A DNA stretch of 64,000 nucleotides. Origin: Botryllus schlosseri (lineage: Eukaryota). The translations under genes were made by a program, and so were the position numbers. The stretch is from positions 17,794,001 to 17,858,000 of the forward strand of contig CM119383.1 in assembly GCA_051294905.1 (NCBI GenBank), in the 5' to 3' direction. Shown piece after piece: positions 1 through 10,675 of the stretch; position 1 is the first letter of the stretch; each line of letters starts with the position of its first letter. A model generated the notes under the pieces. The model saw only the letters and a program-made list of their open reading frames with translations, had not been told where the DNA came from and did not search any database.

Positions 1-10
1 AGGTAGATAG

Positions 11-379
11 TAGTGCGAAGCATGGACCGGAGCCGGATTGGATATCCTGTCGGATTTTTTTCAATTTTGGCGGAAACGGATCGGAGCCGGATCAGTACTT
101 TTTCGATACGGCTGGAATCTTTATGGATAAGCATGACGTTTGTAACTAAATAACTACCAACCAACCACACTCAAGTAACCGCCAAGCCAGTGCGAAAATG
201 AACGAGCCATATAAATGTATAAATTCATGGAACCACCGTACCGTGTTGGGCCGGATTTCGGGTCGAACTTTTTCATTTTCGGCCGGAGCCGGATCAATAC
301 TTTTTCCTGATACGGCCGGAGCGTATCGGAGCCGGACCAGAGAATTGAAAGAGGGAATTTGTCGATCCGCTCGGTACTA
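11..379. mobile_element. hAT-like MITE with CCGGAGCCGGA internal repeats
   Basis: 8-bp direct repeat GTAGATAG at 3-10 and 380-387; degenerate TIRs TAGTGCGAAGC / GCTCGGTACTA; repeated CCGGAGCCGGA-type subterminal motifs. Confidence 0.75.
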
Positions 380-389
380 GTAGATAGGT

Positions 390-1060
390 ATTAGGAGGAA
401 ATGGGGCTTGGCTACTCGGCTTTTTACCCCCGGACGATACCTGGCAATATTGACTCTTGTACTATCTCAATGGTTTACAACTCTTTATATAACCCTTCCA
501 CTTGATATCGTGAATTCGATGACTGGCCATATGGTATGTTCATCTGTTAGTAGGTATACTCTGGCGTTAGTGGTACTGTATTCGCTCGGCGGTCTGAATT
601 AGATTCATCCTGGCACGGTCATACTTAGGGCAACGGAGAAGGAAATGTTCCACGTTTCTTCGATTCGGCATAAATCACAAAGGCCATTTTGGTGACATTT
701 TATTCTGTGGAATGACCAGTCTGCAATCTAATTAGAATTCCGGCTTCTCTTGGTTCATGTCCCTGATAACTCCAATAAAATTTCTATATTGCGTCGTTGT
801 CATTGGCATTCATGTGATCTATCCACTTTTTCCGACATATATCGGCAATGAGGGATTTCATTTCCTTCATAGTTATTTTTGCTGGAGGGTTTCATCACGT
901 GCGAGTGGCATCAGGGCTGCTCTCCGTGCGATTTCATATGCTTTTCCGTTGCCGCGGATGCCTTCAGTGTCAGGGAACCAGGCCAGAACCAGTTTGATCT
1001 CTAGTGCATTTATAATTGTATATCGGATCTTATAGGAGGAGTTTTATTATGTAATGTTCC
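390..1060 (-). mobile_element. Decayed non-LTR retrotransposon (LINE) ORF2 3' end: RNase H C-terminus plus CCHC zinc knuckle
   Basis: Hand translation of minus strand: EIKLVLAWFPDTEGIRGNGKAYEIARRAA (916-1001; RNase H W-x-P-x-H-x-G-I-x-G-N motif), ILIRLQTGH, then frameshifted CDLCRIEET/EHFLLRCPKYDRAR; stops and frameshifts present. Confidence 0.75.
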
Positions 1061-1770
1061 GGTAATGAACTAACGAACCATTCGCTTGTGTGGCGATCCT
1101 ATATTTACTAGGAATGATGGATCCTGAGGTTCAGGTTCGCGTGTTAACCACAGAAATTTGGAAGTTCGCGTTCACAGACGAACCTCGGTAGGTCATGCAC
1201 TATGGACTTTTTTCATATATCATAATTTTTCACGTCATTATAGCATATTTAGTGGAAATTCTTTCCACCTAAACTTCGGACCACTCTATGCATGGTATAC
1301 TTCCAGCGACAAAAGAAATTCAGCACTAAACAAGCTTCCATCTTGCAGTCTTACATAGACCTCATACATTTATATGTTGTTAATTTCTCGAAAGCAAGGT
1401 ATTATCAAGTCTCGAAATTTAAGAGAGAATCGGTACTCATATTCTCAAAACAACTAACTACATCTAGTCTGCGCGATAGTCTAGTGGTGAACGACGTGAA
1501 ATTACACTCAAGCAACCATGCAGAATTCAAACGCGCAAAATCATGTTTGTCTGTAGGGCAACAACGCACCAAAATCGCTAATATGAGAAATCCAGAAATC
1601 CGGGTATCTGATTTCTGTATATAAGCGTATTTCATTGACGTCTTCCGGTGAGGTAGCATATTTCAATCAAGTAACACACTGACACTAAATCGGAACTCAA
1701 GAAAGCAAACCCGAAATTATTTTCAGTCCTCATTTATCTCTGCCCGACGAAATGACCATAGCCCCTATCA

Positions 1771-2217
1771 CAGTGGTTCTCCACCGGTGTGCCATTCACG
1801 TCTCGCAAGTATGCCACAAGCGATTTATTCGGAATTTTGAAATTATGCGCAAAGTAATTCTATAGTCTATAGCAAACGCACAATAATCTAAATCGAGCTT
1901 GATGTGAAGTTTGTACTTTTGACAAATCAAAATTGATATTATATGCCCGCAATCAATATCCCGCTCGAATTCGCTTTACCGGGCAGATCGCGTGCCTTGA
2001 AGGCTGATATCAGTTTTGCACAATACGCTGATTGATCGCACGCAGAGAAGAGCAGACACGGCGGCGCCTGTAGTTTATGTAAAAAAGAAAGTACAGAAAC
2101 ATTTTGGTTTGACTGCAGAGGTGGTCAGTGGTCACATTAGTCGGCGTTACTACTGGGTGATAATAAGTATTCTGGTAGTTTGCAAGTGCCGTGAGCCAAA
2201 AAAGTTCAGAACCACTG
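1771..2217 (+). mobile_element. hAT (Charlie/Buster-type) MITE
   Basis: Ends CAGTGGTTCTCCAC ... GTTCAGAACCACTG with GTGCC subterminal motifs; no intact TSD found. Confidence 0.65.
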
Positions 2218-2977
2218 TGATGGTGTGCCGCGACCTCATTTGCCGGTTTTGCAGCTAGGACAACGGACAGATTCAAGTGGAAATGGGCGTAGATGACGAT
2301 AAATAGCCTAAACGGACGTTCGAGCGGTTAATTCGGGAGTCGATAGTTTTTTTCAGTCAACACCACCACCTTCAAGTAAAAAGTAGGCAAAACCGGGGAC
2401 GATCGAAAGTAGCCTAATGTCCTTTTTTGTCAACTCCTCAAACTTCCCAGCAAAATAGCAAAATCTGCTGTTTTCATATCTAAGCTACTAACTTTTCTGA
2501 TCTGGTAGTGTCCTCCTATCCTAATTCCACGATTCCAAAACAACTTGAAGATGAGATGAATTAAAGGACTAGGCTGGACGTGATACGTTTATTAAATACT
2601 CTCTTTTTCCTAATTTTGGTGCCATATATGTTGCGATCACACCAAAAGGTGTCGTCGGAAGCGCGTTATAATGTCACATTCGCCACCACCCATCTTTGTG
2701 GAAATGGATTTTCGACATTAGTTCACATCAAATCGAGGACGCGCAAGACTATAAATACAGCAGCGTTGTAATGACTCGAGTCGAGATTTTTCGGTTTCTC
2801 GACCTGACTCGAGTCATTTAAAAAAAATGATAAATGACTGGACTCGAGTCAATTTGTGTATTGACTCGACTTGAACTCGAGTCATTGCGCATGACTCGGA
2901 CCAAGTCATATGACTCGAGACTGGGGCTACCAAGACACACATTTCGTTGTCATTTCGAAGAACAGCAAGGTTATCAC

Positions 2978-3379
2978 TAGGGAGATTTTTTTACCTGAAA
3001 AGAGGAAGATTTTGACCTACAAAATCAAAACTTTGACATTTTGTTACCTTAAAAAACATAATTTTGACCTAATTTTGACCTAAATTAGTCGTACGTTTAG
3101 TGATGAGCACCATGTCAACCCATTCGTTTCCTTTGAATATTTGTGATTCACAATGAACAGACAATGGGCCGTCTACAACTGTAGGCCTATAAAGTAGGCT
3201 ACGAGCTGTAAAATGTCAAATGATAAGTTCACCGACAGTGCAAAATCTATACGATGCAAGCGAAATGCAGGTTGCAAAAAATTTTGACTTTGTAAACAAG
3301 ATTGGCATATTATTTTGACCTAACGCTACAATTTTGACCTAGTTTTGACTTTTTTTGACATGTCAAAAATATCGCCCTA
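2978..3379. mobile_element. hAT MITE (TAGGG-ended) with TTTTGACCT repeats
   Basis: TIRs TAGGGAGAT / ATCGCCCTA; perfect TSD GTTATCAC (2970-2977, 3380-3387). Confidence 0.85.
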
Positions 3380-4349
3380 GTTATCACACTATACCTTTCG
3401 TCTATCACAGTGGTTCTCAACCGGGGGTCCGCGAAACCTCAAAATAGATGATAACTTAATTTTTCATTTTTTAAATTCGGGAAATCACGAGCTCACTTTT
3501 GCTTCATTACTAGCAAAACTCCAGAGCTCATATCAACAGATTGGTCGTCTGAAATGAAATAAACTACTGTAAGTTTGTTTAATTGGTTATTTGTGGTATT
3601 CATGGTGTCTGTCGACTACTATGGTCATTTACACCAGGCCGATATTCTTCATTTTTATTCTGTATAATTGCTGACTTGTAGAACGGCCCGCTTCTATGCT
3701 ATTTATAAGACACCGATTGGACGGATGAGATGGCGAGGAGGAGCCTATAGATCAGTGGTCGGGAACCTTTTTTGTCCGAAGAGCCATATTGGCCCTATTT
3801 TTTCCATTTTAACTCCCAAAGAGCCATACATGTGGATCGACTGTTACGTCACAATTGAAAATTCGTGACGTCATGGTAACACTAATTTCAACTAACTACA
3901 TGGGATCCGTCGGGCTTGCGCCACATTTTCTCTGTTAAAACCCGTTCTAATCATACTGGTTACCCTATTTAAGCATGCAAAACATGAGTTACTAGATCGT
4001 AGATTCGTCGTGATTGTCCTTTTAAATGCGAGAACCCATGATCGCATGCGTAGGTGGAGCCAAACATGGCCACTACTGCAGTAATATATGCCTGCCAATC
4101 TAAAATTTGTGATACATCAGTTACGTCGGGTTAGGGGAGGCAAGTGAGGCAGTACCTCACCTGTCGTCAGGATGAGTGAACGAACATTTTGAAACCTTCG
4201 ATTACTTTTGGTATCTTCTATCGATGTTCATGAATGACACGATTTTTAACATTTTTCTCCCGAAATCACACAATTTACATATTTATTGTTCGTAAATAAA
4301 GCGCGAAACGTGAGGTAGACACAGACGCAGACACAGACCATTGATAACA

Positions 4350-5743
4350 CAATTCATCGTAAATAGCTTATATGATTTATTATAACTGATATTAATCTAG
4401 TCTAATTGTCCCCGTGATTCCGAAGATCTAAATACTGATCGAATTCTCAATCCTCAAAGTATTCGGCAGTTACACATAACGTTCCGCCGCACGCCTACGT
4501 CTTATTGCCGGTAGTACAGAGCTACTTAGGCCTACCAATCAAAAACATGGATAGCTACTATATTTTTTTGTAATTTGAATATTGTAATTGTGAACGTAAC
4601 GTCCACGGCATTTCATTTCGCGCCGTAGATCAGTAAGATAATATGTATTTGAAAACTGCGTTGTCATATGGGCGTCGCCATGTCTGCTAATCTCTTTGAT
4701 CAATCAACGTATTGTGCAATCCAAGATTTCGAGTCGGGTACATCGAATTCGCGAGTGATATTGGTCGCCGGCGCGACAGTAACTTAAATTTGATGATTTT
4801 GAAAAGAGGGGGTTCCTACCCCCAAACCTGAAGACGGCGTTGTATTTACCTCTCAAAGCCATTTGTATATTGCCACGATAATACTTATTCTGGCCCTGAT
4901 GAAAATTTTCTAGCAAGTTGCTGCAATATTAATCAATTCAGTACAACAATATATATTTGGCAAAAAAGCATATTTATACTCAAAAGAGCTATATATGGCT
5001 CGCAGTGCCTCACCCGTCTACTAGATGTTGAACATTTTTACTACCAGCATCACGTAACTAATTGCCTATTTATTGTCAGAAACAGGGATAACTAGACTAG
5101 ATATCCCTGGTCAGAAAATAAAGTTCGAAACAGAGGACAAGGCATTGTGATAGGGCGATTCATCGTAAATATCATTGAATGTATAATGACTGATGTTATT
5201 CGAATGTAATTGTCTCACTGATACCGATTCGGCTTCTTAATTCTCACGTGTTCGGCGGTAACATTTGCGCAACGCCTGCATTTTAACAGCGTCTACATTC
5301 TACAAAGCTACGTTATCAATCAAGAACGTGGATAGCTATGGCGTTGTTTGTAATTTGAAGTTGTAATTGTGAATGTCACTTCCATCGCAGTTTATTTCTC
5401 GCCGCAGATCAGAAAGACAATGCATATTTGAAAACTGCATTGTGATACAGGCGCCGCCATGTCTCCTCGTCTCTTTGATCAATGAATTTATTGCGAGTGA
5501 CATTGGTCGCCGACGCGACAGCAACTTCAATTTGAGGATTTTGAAAAGGGGGTCCGAACTCTTAACCTTGAATACGTCTCTGTAATAACCTCTCAAATAC
5601 ATTTTATACTGCCACAAGAATAATTATACTGCTCGTGCTGAAGATTTAATAACTTGTTGCTGCAATATTGAAAAATTGGGCACAAAAATAAAAAATTCGC
5701 AAAGAGCCATATCTTATGCCCAAAAGAGCCATATATGGCTCGC
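4350..5743. repeat. Diverged tandem duplication of a ~600-bp hAT 3' half (4350-5003 vs 5155-5743)
   Basis: Colinear shared blocks such as ATTCATCGTAAATA, GGATAGCTA, TGTAATTTGAA, GAAAACTGC, CTCTTTGATCAAT, GCGAGTGA-ATTGGTCGCCG, GTTGCTGCAATATT, CAAAAGAGC-ATATATGGCTCGC. Confidence 0.7.
5083..5109. mobile_element. 27-bp palindromic micro-MITE with intact 8-bp TSD
   Basis: CAGGGATAACTAG-A-CTAGATATCCCTG (12/13 inverted match) flanked by GTCAGAAA at 5075-5082 and 5110-5117. Confidence 0.85.
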
Positions 5744-7209
5744 GAGCCATAGGTTCCCGACCACTGCTATAGATATACCTACAACACCTCGGTTGGACTT
5801 CTGAAGTCGACCTCGGTCGGATTCGAACCAGCAACCCATTGGTGTACTGTTCTACTATAGGCCTACTACTACACTATTCTACTATGCAGACTAATTTTAA
5901 TCGCTAAATTGCCAATAGCCTATTGATACAAACATTTTGCTCTTTAGAGATGTTGTGTTGGCAATTGTGGAAAAAAGTTGGATGAGTAAGGTCAATAACG
6001 GTGACTTCGAAATGTTTACAAAAATCCATTTTCTCCTGCGATCTACATAGCCATTTTTCCGTAATAACTTCAAGATAAGCTGCTAGATGGAAATGACCAG
6101 GCTTGGCGTTATATGTTGTTCAGTAAAAAGTTTGTCAGTCAATTTTGGTGCCATATTTGTTGCGATCATACCCAAATGTGTCGTCGGAATCGTTTCGCGT
6201 TGTTATTACATTCGCCGCCACTATTTGGTGGATATGGATTTTTGGCACTCGTTTATATCAAATCGAAGGCGCGGATTTTCATGACGCCACTACGTATTTG
6301 AAGAAATGCAGTTGCAGAATTGGCTTTGAAATAACAGAAGTCAACGCAATTTCTACATGAATAGGATGATCTTAATTTCAAGAAAACTCATTTTCTGCTG
6401 TTTATCACTAAGCCTACAGTAATCATTTGAACGAGGCAGATGACGATTGCATGATAATTGAGCTAAATTTGAACTAAAACTTCGTGGGGATCCGTGAAGG
6501 TCCGGAAGGGGTCCGCGAAGACAAAAAGATTGAGAACCACTGGTCTATCAGTACTGGTATTTGAAATTGCTACCAGACCAGATAGGGCCTACTGTTAAAT
6601 GTTAGAAATCTAAATATATTATGAATGCGAAGCATTCGATATCACCGAGCAGAGTTGTAAAAAGTGGGTTTCACCTGACAATAACTCAGACCTGAACACT
6701 TAAACAGTCAACACAATGACTTGGACTCGAGTCAAAACACTATGACTCGGACTCGACACTCTATACTCCGTGGTGAATTGAAAAAGACTCGAGTCGAAAC
6801 TATAAAAGTGAGATTAACTTGTGAGACTCGGAACCTTGCGACTTGGTTACAACCCTGAAATACAGCTGCAAAATTTGCCTCGAATAAGTCTGCCCAATTT
6901 CTACATATTATGATGTTATTTTGAAGGAAAGTTATTTTGCGGCTGTTTACCTGATATTTGCGCCAGACAGATGACGGTTGCATGATAATTAAGCTAATTT
7001 TGAACGAAAACTTGCGGGGGTCCGTGACGGACCATAAAGGGTCCGCGAAGGTAAAAAGGTTGAGAACCACTGTCGTAGGAGTAACCTGTCGTGGCCTGCC
7101 TGATGGCACTCATTTCGAACAACATCCGTATATATTCCTCGATATCTTTCATGTGACAGCGAGCACTACCTCCCGAATCCCGCTCAGGCAATCCACCAAA
7201 ACACACAAC

Positions 7210-10200
7210 CGACTTGGAAATGTGGAGTTTATTATCCCAATACACAAATCTATCTCCTCTATATCATACAATAATGATTTTGTAATTAGCATCATTAAAA
7301 ATAGAACAAGGTGATGGCATCCTACGTCTATCACGTATCCGATACAAAGCCGACTCAAAACTCAAAATCACACGCCGACAAAGATTGGGAGCATCCAGCG
7401 GTAATCAGGGCAAGGTACAAGTAAAAATCGGCAAGCTCGCATCTTCCATGTGTTTGGATCCCAACTACCCACCAGACTAAACGCCAATAGCAATCGCGCC
7501 GCATTGCGTTCGATTGTCGACCCTCCATTGCAAGCAGGGCGGGCGCACCCCGTGATCTACAAAACAACAACCACCGGAAATGATACAAAAATCGAACAGC
7601 GTTGTGCGATATCATAAATTATGCCAATATTCAAAATGATAATCAAACTACATAAATATCGTAACAAAAAAGCTCCCCGCGACCAACGCAAGTCATTTTC
7701 CGAGATTTTTTTTCTTGCGATTTTTTAAAAACTACGCCTCTGGAAAAATCATGCACAAAAACTGTCACAAAATGAGCGGTATATAGATAGGAGAACGCGG
7801 GTAAATAGTAAAAAAGCACTACCTCAAATATAATTCACCGAAATGCAATGGGAGACGACACGCCGAGAGTCAATCGGAGTACAATTTTCGGACATGGACG
7901 CGAGGCCGGTCAGAGTTATTCCAAATATGCGGTAAAACGCGGTAAAAAAAATTCGTAAAAATCGGATTGTATATATGAACTCGCAGAATTCGTGCCAATT
8001 TGCCAAGCCAATCGGGATTCCGCTCGCAAAAATCACGCCAGGATTAAGTCGACATCGAAAAATGAAAAATAACCCGCCAACTCATCGCGTCCCAACAGTA
8101 AATGTACAAAACACCGAACATTCAAAGGAAAAATACACGTCATCGGCGACTCATCTTTGGTGTGTTACGGAAACACGAAAGCGCCAGGGCAGGCAAAATA
8201 CGCCTGTACAAGACACCAAAAGATACGGGCGATACAAAGAAATGGCATACATATACAAATTCTCAAGAAAACCACGACGGTATTGCACGAAACTTATCTG
8301 ATTGATACAAATCATCCTACATCTTCAATGGTTTTACTTTTCGGAGCGCGTCGCCGCAAGATGCGACGCCACGCCCCAGATGATTAAGTCATGGGCTTTA
8401 CTATACTGAAAATCACAAAACAGGTGTTGAAGCAGAAGGACTAACAGTGCGAGTTAGATACTACATTACTATGTCGCTCTAATGGTTACGAAGCGTATTT
8501 TTTTGTACTTTTTTTCGCTTTTAATATGGGGTTGAATGAAAAAATAGATGGCTTTCACTGGTTGAAAGTGCTTGGAGTGAACGGCGGCGATGGGACAGCG
8601 AATTGCAACGGTTCCCAACCCGTTTTTTCTATCTATAGCAAGAGCACACAGAATTATCACGTTTACAAATAAAGAATCGATATACCTCGAGGATTGCACA
8701 GCAACTAAAAAAAATCACACAAAACCAGACCCCCGCGATTATGCACTCCGACAGCGTAGCGAACGCGGTTATTACCCACAGACTCTGGTTCAAACTGTTA
8801 ATAATTGCAATGTCTGTAAGCTTTTGTGATTAACGCACGCGCGCGATACGCTGTCGCTAGAAAATTTACCATTCGAAAGGGTATTTCAGCGCGGTAAACA
8901 AGTAAGTTACACAGGTTAGTACGTTAGAGGTAGACCGCGGCCCGCGAGCCGATGTACTACGTTTAGAGGTCTACTTTCCACCAAGATACGGACGAAGTGC
9001 TTATCAAATAATGATTTGACATCAAGTGCAGTCCAGTCGCACCAGACTCGATTGGTAAAGTCTCGATGCAGTGATATTGCCGTACAAAACCGCGACGGTG
9101 CCCTGACTATTGCAGATCAGGCGAAAACAGCAATCAAAAGTAAGAATCAAAATGAACTCAAGCTATCATACCCCATTCTAGAAAAAAAATAGAATATACC
9201 AACACAGACCGATCGGTAGATGATATTTCATTGGGTGGGGTTACGCAAAAAAAATCACTACAAACACAACTACACCAGAAGGGAGAGAGATATCTGCATA
9301 AGCATGATAGAGTTAAAAAGAGAGGTTGCCATGACAACAAAGAGCGAATTTTTTTTTCTCTGAATAAATAAGAAAAATTACCTTTTTATCGATATGCAAA
9401 AATAAATATCTATAAAACACAAAACTCATGCACTATTTTTCGACTAAAATTAGGAAAAAAATTGTGGCCACTAGGGGAAACGCACGGAAAATAACGCACC
9501 GACTATACAGTTAAATTTTTCGCTATCGTCCACAACCCTACAGAGTCCATCCGCTATCGGGTCAATATAAAAAAATGGGTCGAATCAGCCAGCCGTTTGG
9601 CCCGGGGCGGGAATAACCACGGTACAGGTAACAAAAGTACAATGGAACATTACTTCTTTGTTTCAAGATCGATCCCACTCGGTTGCTCCTACTTTAGGGC
9701 ATTGGCGAGTCAACACATACCGTGAAATGGGGGGGTGATAAACATCGGGAAGCATATACATTGTTAGTCCACACCGACACAGGACGATGCCAGTAGAAAG
9801 AAAAACGACAATAGCAAACGTTATGGGTACAAAAAAGCCTTACTAAAAATTTGTCCACGCAAAAGCTCGATAACCCTTTGCCAAAATGAGATGACCGTTT
9901 TTTTTTCAGTTCACAGGGTGCCAAAACCTCACAACTATCGTCTTCTGTTGGGTGGGGGTAATATTTGCGGTGGATCATTGAAATATGTTTACGATAGCAC
10001 GACGGTATGAAGGTAGAAAAGGGCTTTGGTTGTCGTTCGGCCATTTTTGCACAGCGGGAAAATTTTGTATACAAAAAGTCTTGGCAAGTTAAAAATGCCA
10101 AACTCGGGTAAAAATCCAACGTTTTTTTAGCTATTTTTTTCTCTGAAAAAACAACAACAACGCAGTGACGACCACCGTATCCTGTAACAAAAATCACAGT

Positions 10201-10558
10201 GCGAAGATAGAAAGGGCATCGTTCGATCACAATTAAGAAAAGAAAAAACCTGATGAATACCTATCTTTATTTTTCCCCCGTCGAAAGTCCCGTTTTGATC
10301 ATGCCAGATATCGGAAAATTAATTTTCGCACCCAAAAACACACACAAAACGATCGCAAGGTACGTTATCTTGCGGGCAGCGCGGGAATTATAGTGGTAGA
10401 CACAGAAAAAAGGGTGAAGATAATCCGACGCCGACGTGTCCGCAATAACAGAACAGCAATTTTCAGCTTGACAAAATAGAAAAATAACAATATCTTCACA
10501 ACAAATGTTCCTATCTTCGTGACGACACATGAGATGATTTCGCTGATGTCCAAGTGAA
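7210..10558 (-). other. Probable long 3'UTR of CPEB2/3/4
   Basis: Continuous with the stop codon; U-rich on the sense strand; no recognisable TE between TE-rich flanks; CPE-like and miRNA-seed motifs; end is inferred. Confidence 0.55.
7228..7233 (-). terminator. Candidate polyadenylation signal (AATAAA) of the CPEB gene
   Basis: TTTATT on plus strand at the end of a TE-free stretch, 60 nt downstream (minus strand) of a TTTTTAAT CPE at 7294-7301. Confidence 0.5.
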
Positions 10559-10675
10559 TCACCAACGGAACGGCATCGATCTCGGGGACCGGTCCGCGCC
10601 TTCCTTTACCAGGGGCTTGTGAAATTCGCGGCCCTGGCGAGAATGGATGATGGCCCAGCACTGCTCGCAATAGTA
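10559..10675 (-). CDS. CPEB2/3/4: CPEB last coding exon (ZZ domain C-half)
   Basis: ttgcag|YYCEQCWAIIHSRQGREFHKPLVKEGADRSPRSMPFRW*. Confidence 0.97.
   Translation of the reverse strand, partial: YYCEQCWAIIHSRQGREFHKPLVKEGADRSPRSMPFRW

Larger units (their letters stand above)
3753..5766. mobile_element. hAT element (CAGTGGTCGGGAACC TIR) with decayed transposase C-terminal remnant on minus strand
   Basis: TIRs CAGTGGTCGGGAACCT / AGGTTCCCGACCACTG; perfect TSD CTATAGAT (3745-3752, 5767-5774); AAAGAGCCATAT subterminal repeats. Confidence 0.9.
3570..5880 (-). mobile_element. tRNA-derived SINE remnant interrupted by a hAT insertion
   Basis: B-box GGTTCGAATCC on minus strand at 5819-5829 with tRNA-like context upstream; this stretch is absent from the sister element at 12671-13877; boundaries approximate. 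Confidence 0.5.
3408..6542 (+). mobile_element. Buster/Charlie-like hAT non-autonomous element
   Basis: TIRs CAGTGGTTCTCAA / TTGAGAACCACTG; GGGGTCCGCG subterminal motifs; perfect TSD GTCTATCA (3400-3407, 6543-6550); transposase C-terminal remnant ~6060-6300. Confidence 0.9.
2761..6857. mobile_element. hAT MITE with GACTCGAGTC subterminal arrays
   Basis: TIRs CAGCGTTGTAA / TTACAACCCTG; perfect TSD AAATACAG (2753-2760, 6858-6865); GACTCGAGTC-type repeats at 2773-2920 and 6721-6830. Confidence 0.85.
2540..7072 (+). mobile_element. Outer Buster/Charlie-like hAT deletion derivative (left end lost), split by nested insertions
   Basis: 2580-2760 encodes TFATTHLCGNGFSTLVHIKSRTR (Buster transposase C-terminal motif); sequence resumes at 6866 colinear with the copies at 6060-6542 and 13400-13877; right TIR GTTGAGAACCACTG ends at 7072. 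Confidence 0.7.

Noticed and set aside
1570-1660. Possible first exon (MKYAYIQKSDTRISGFLILAIL|gtgcgt) with an ETS-type CTTCCGG motif for a gene running off the left edge
   Set aside because: Weak start context, no downstream exon identified and no homology recognised
2773-2920. Regularly recurring GACTCGAGTC palindromes look CRISPR-like
   Set aside because: Eukaryotic context, irregular spacing, mirrored at 6721-6830 and enclosed by TIRs and a TSD: these are transposon subterminal repeats
8154-8161. miR-9 8mer (sense ACCAAAGA) in the CPEB UTR; miR-26-type TTCAAGTA near 10790-10828
   Set aside because: A single site is within chance and miR-9 is reported missing in ascidians; the miR-26-like sites are intronic
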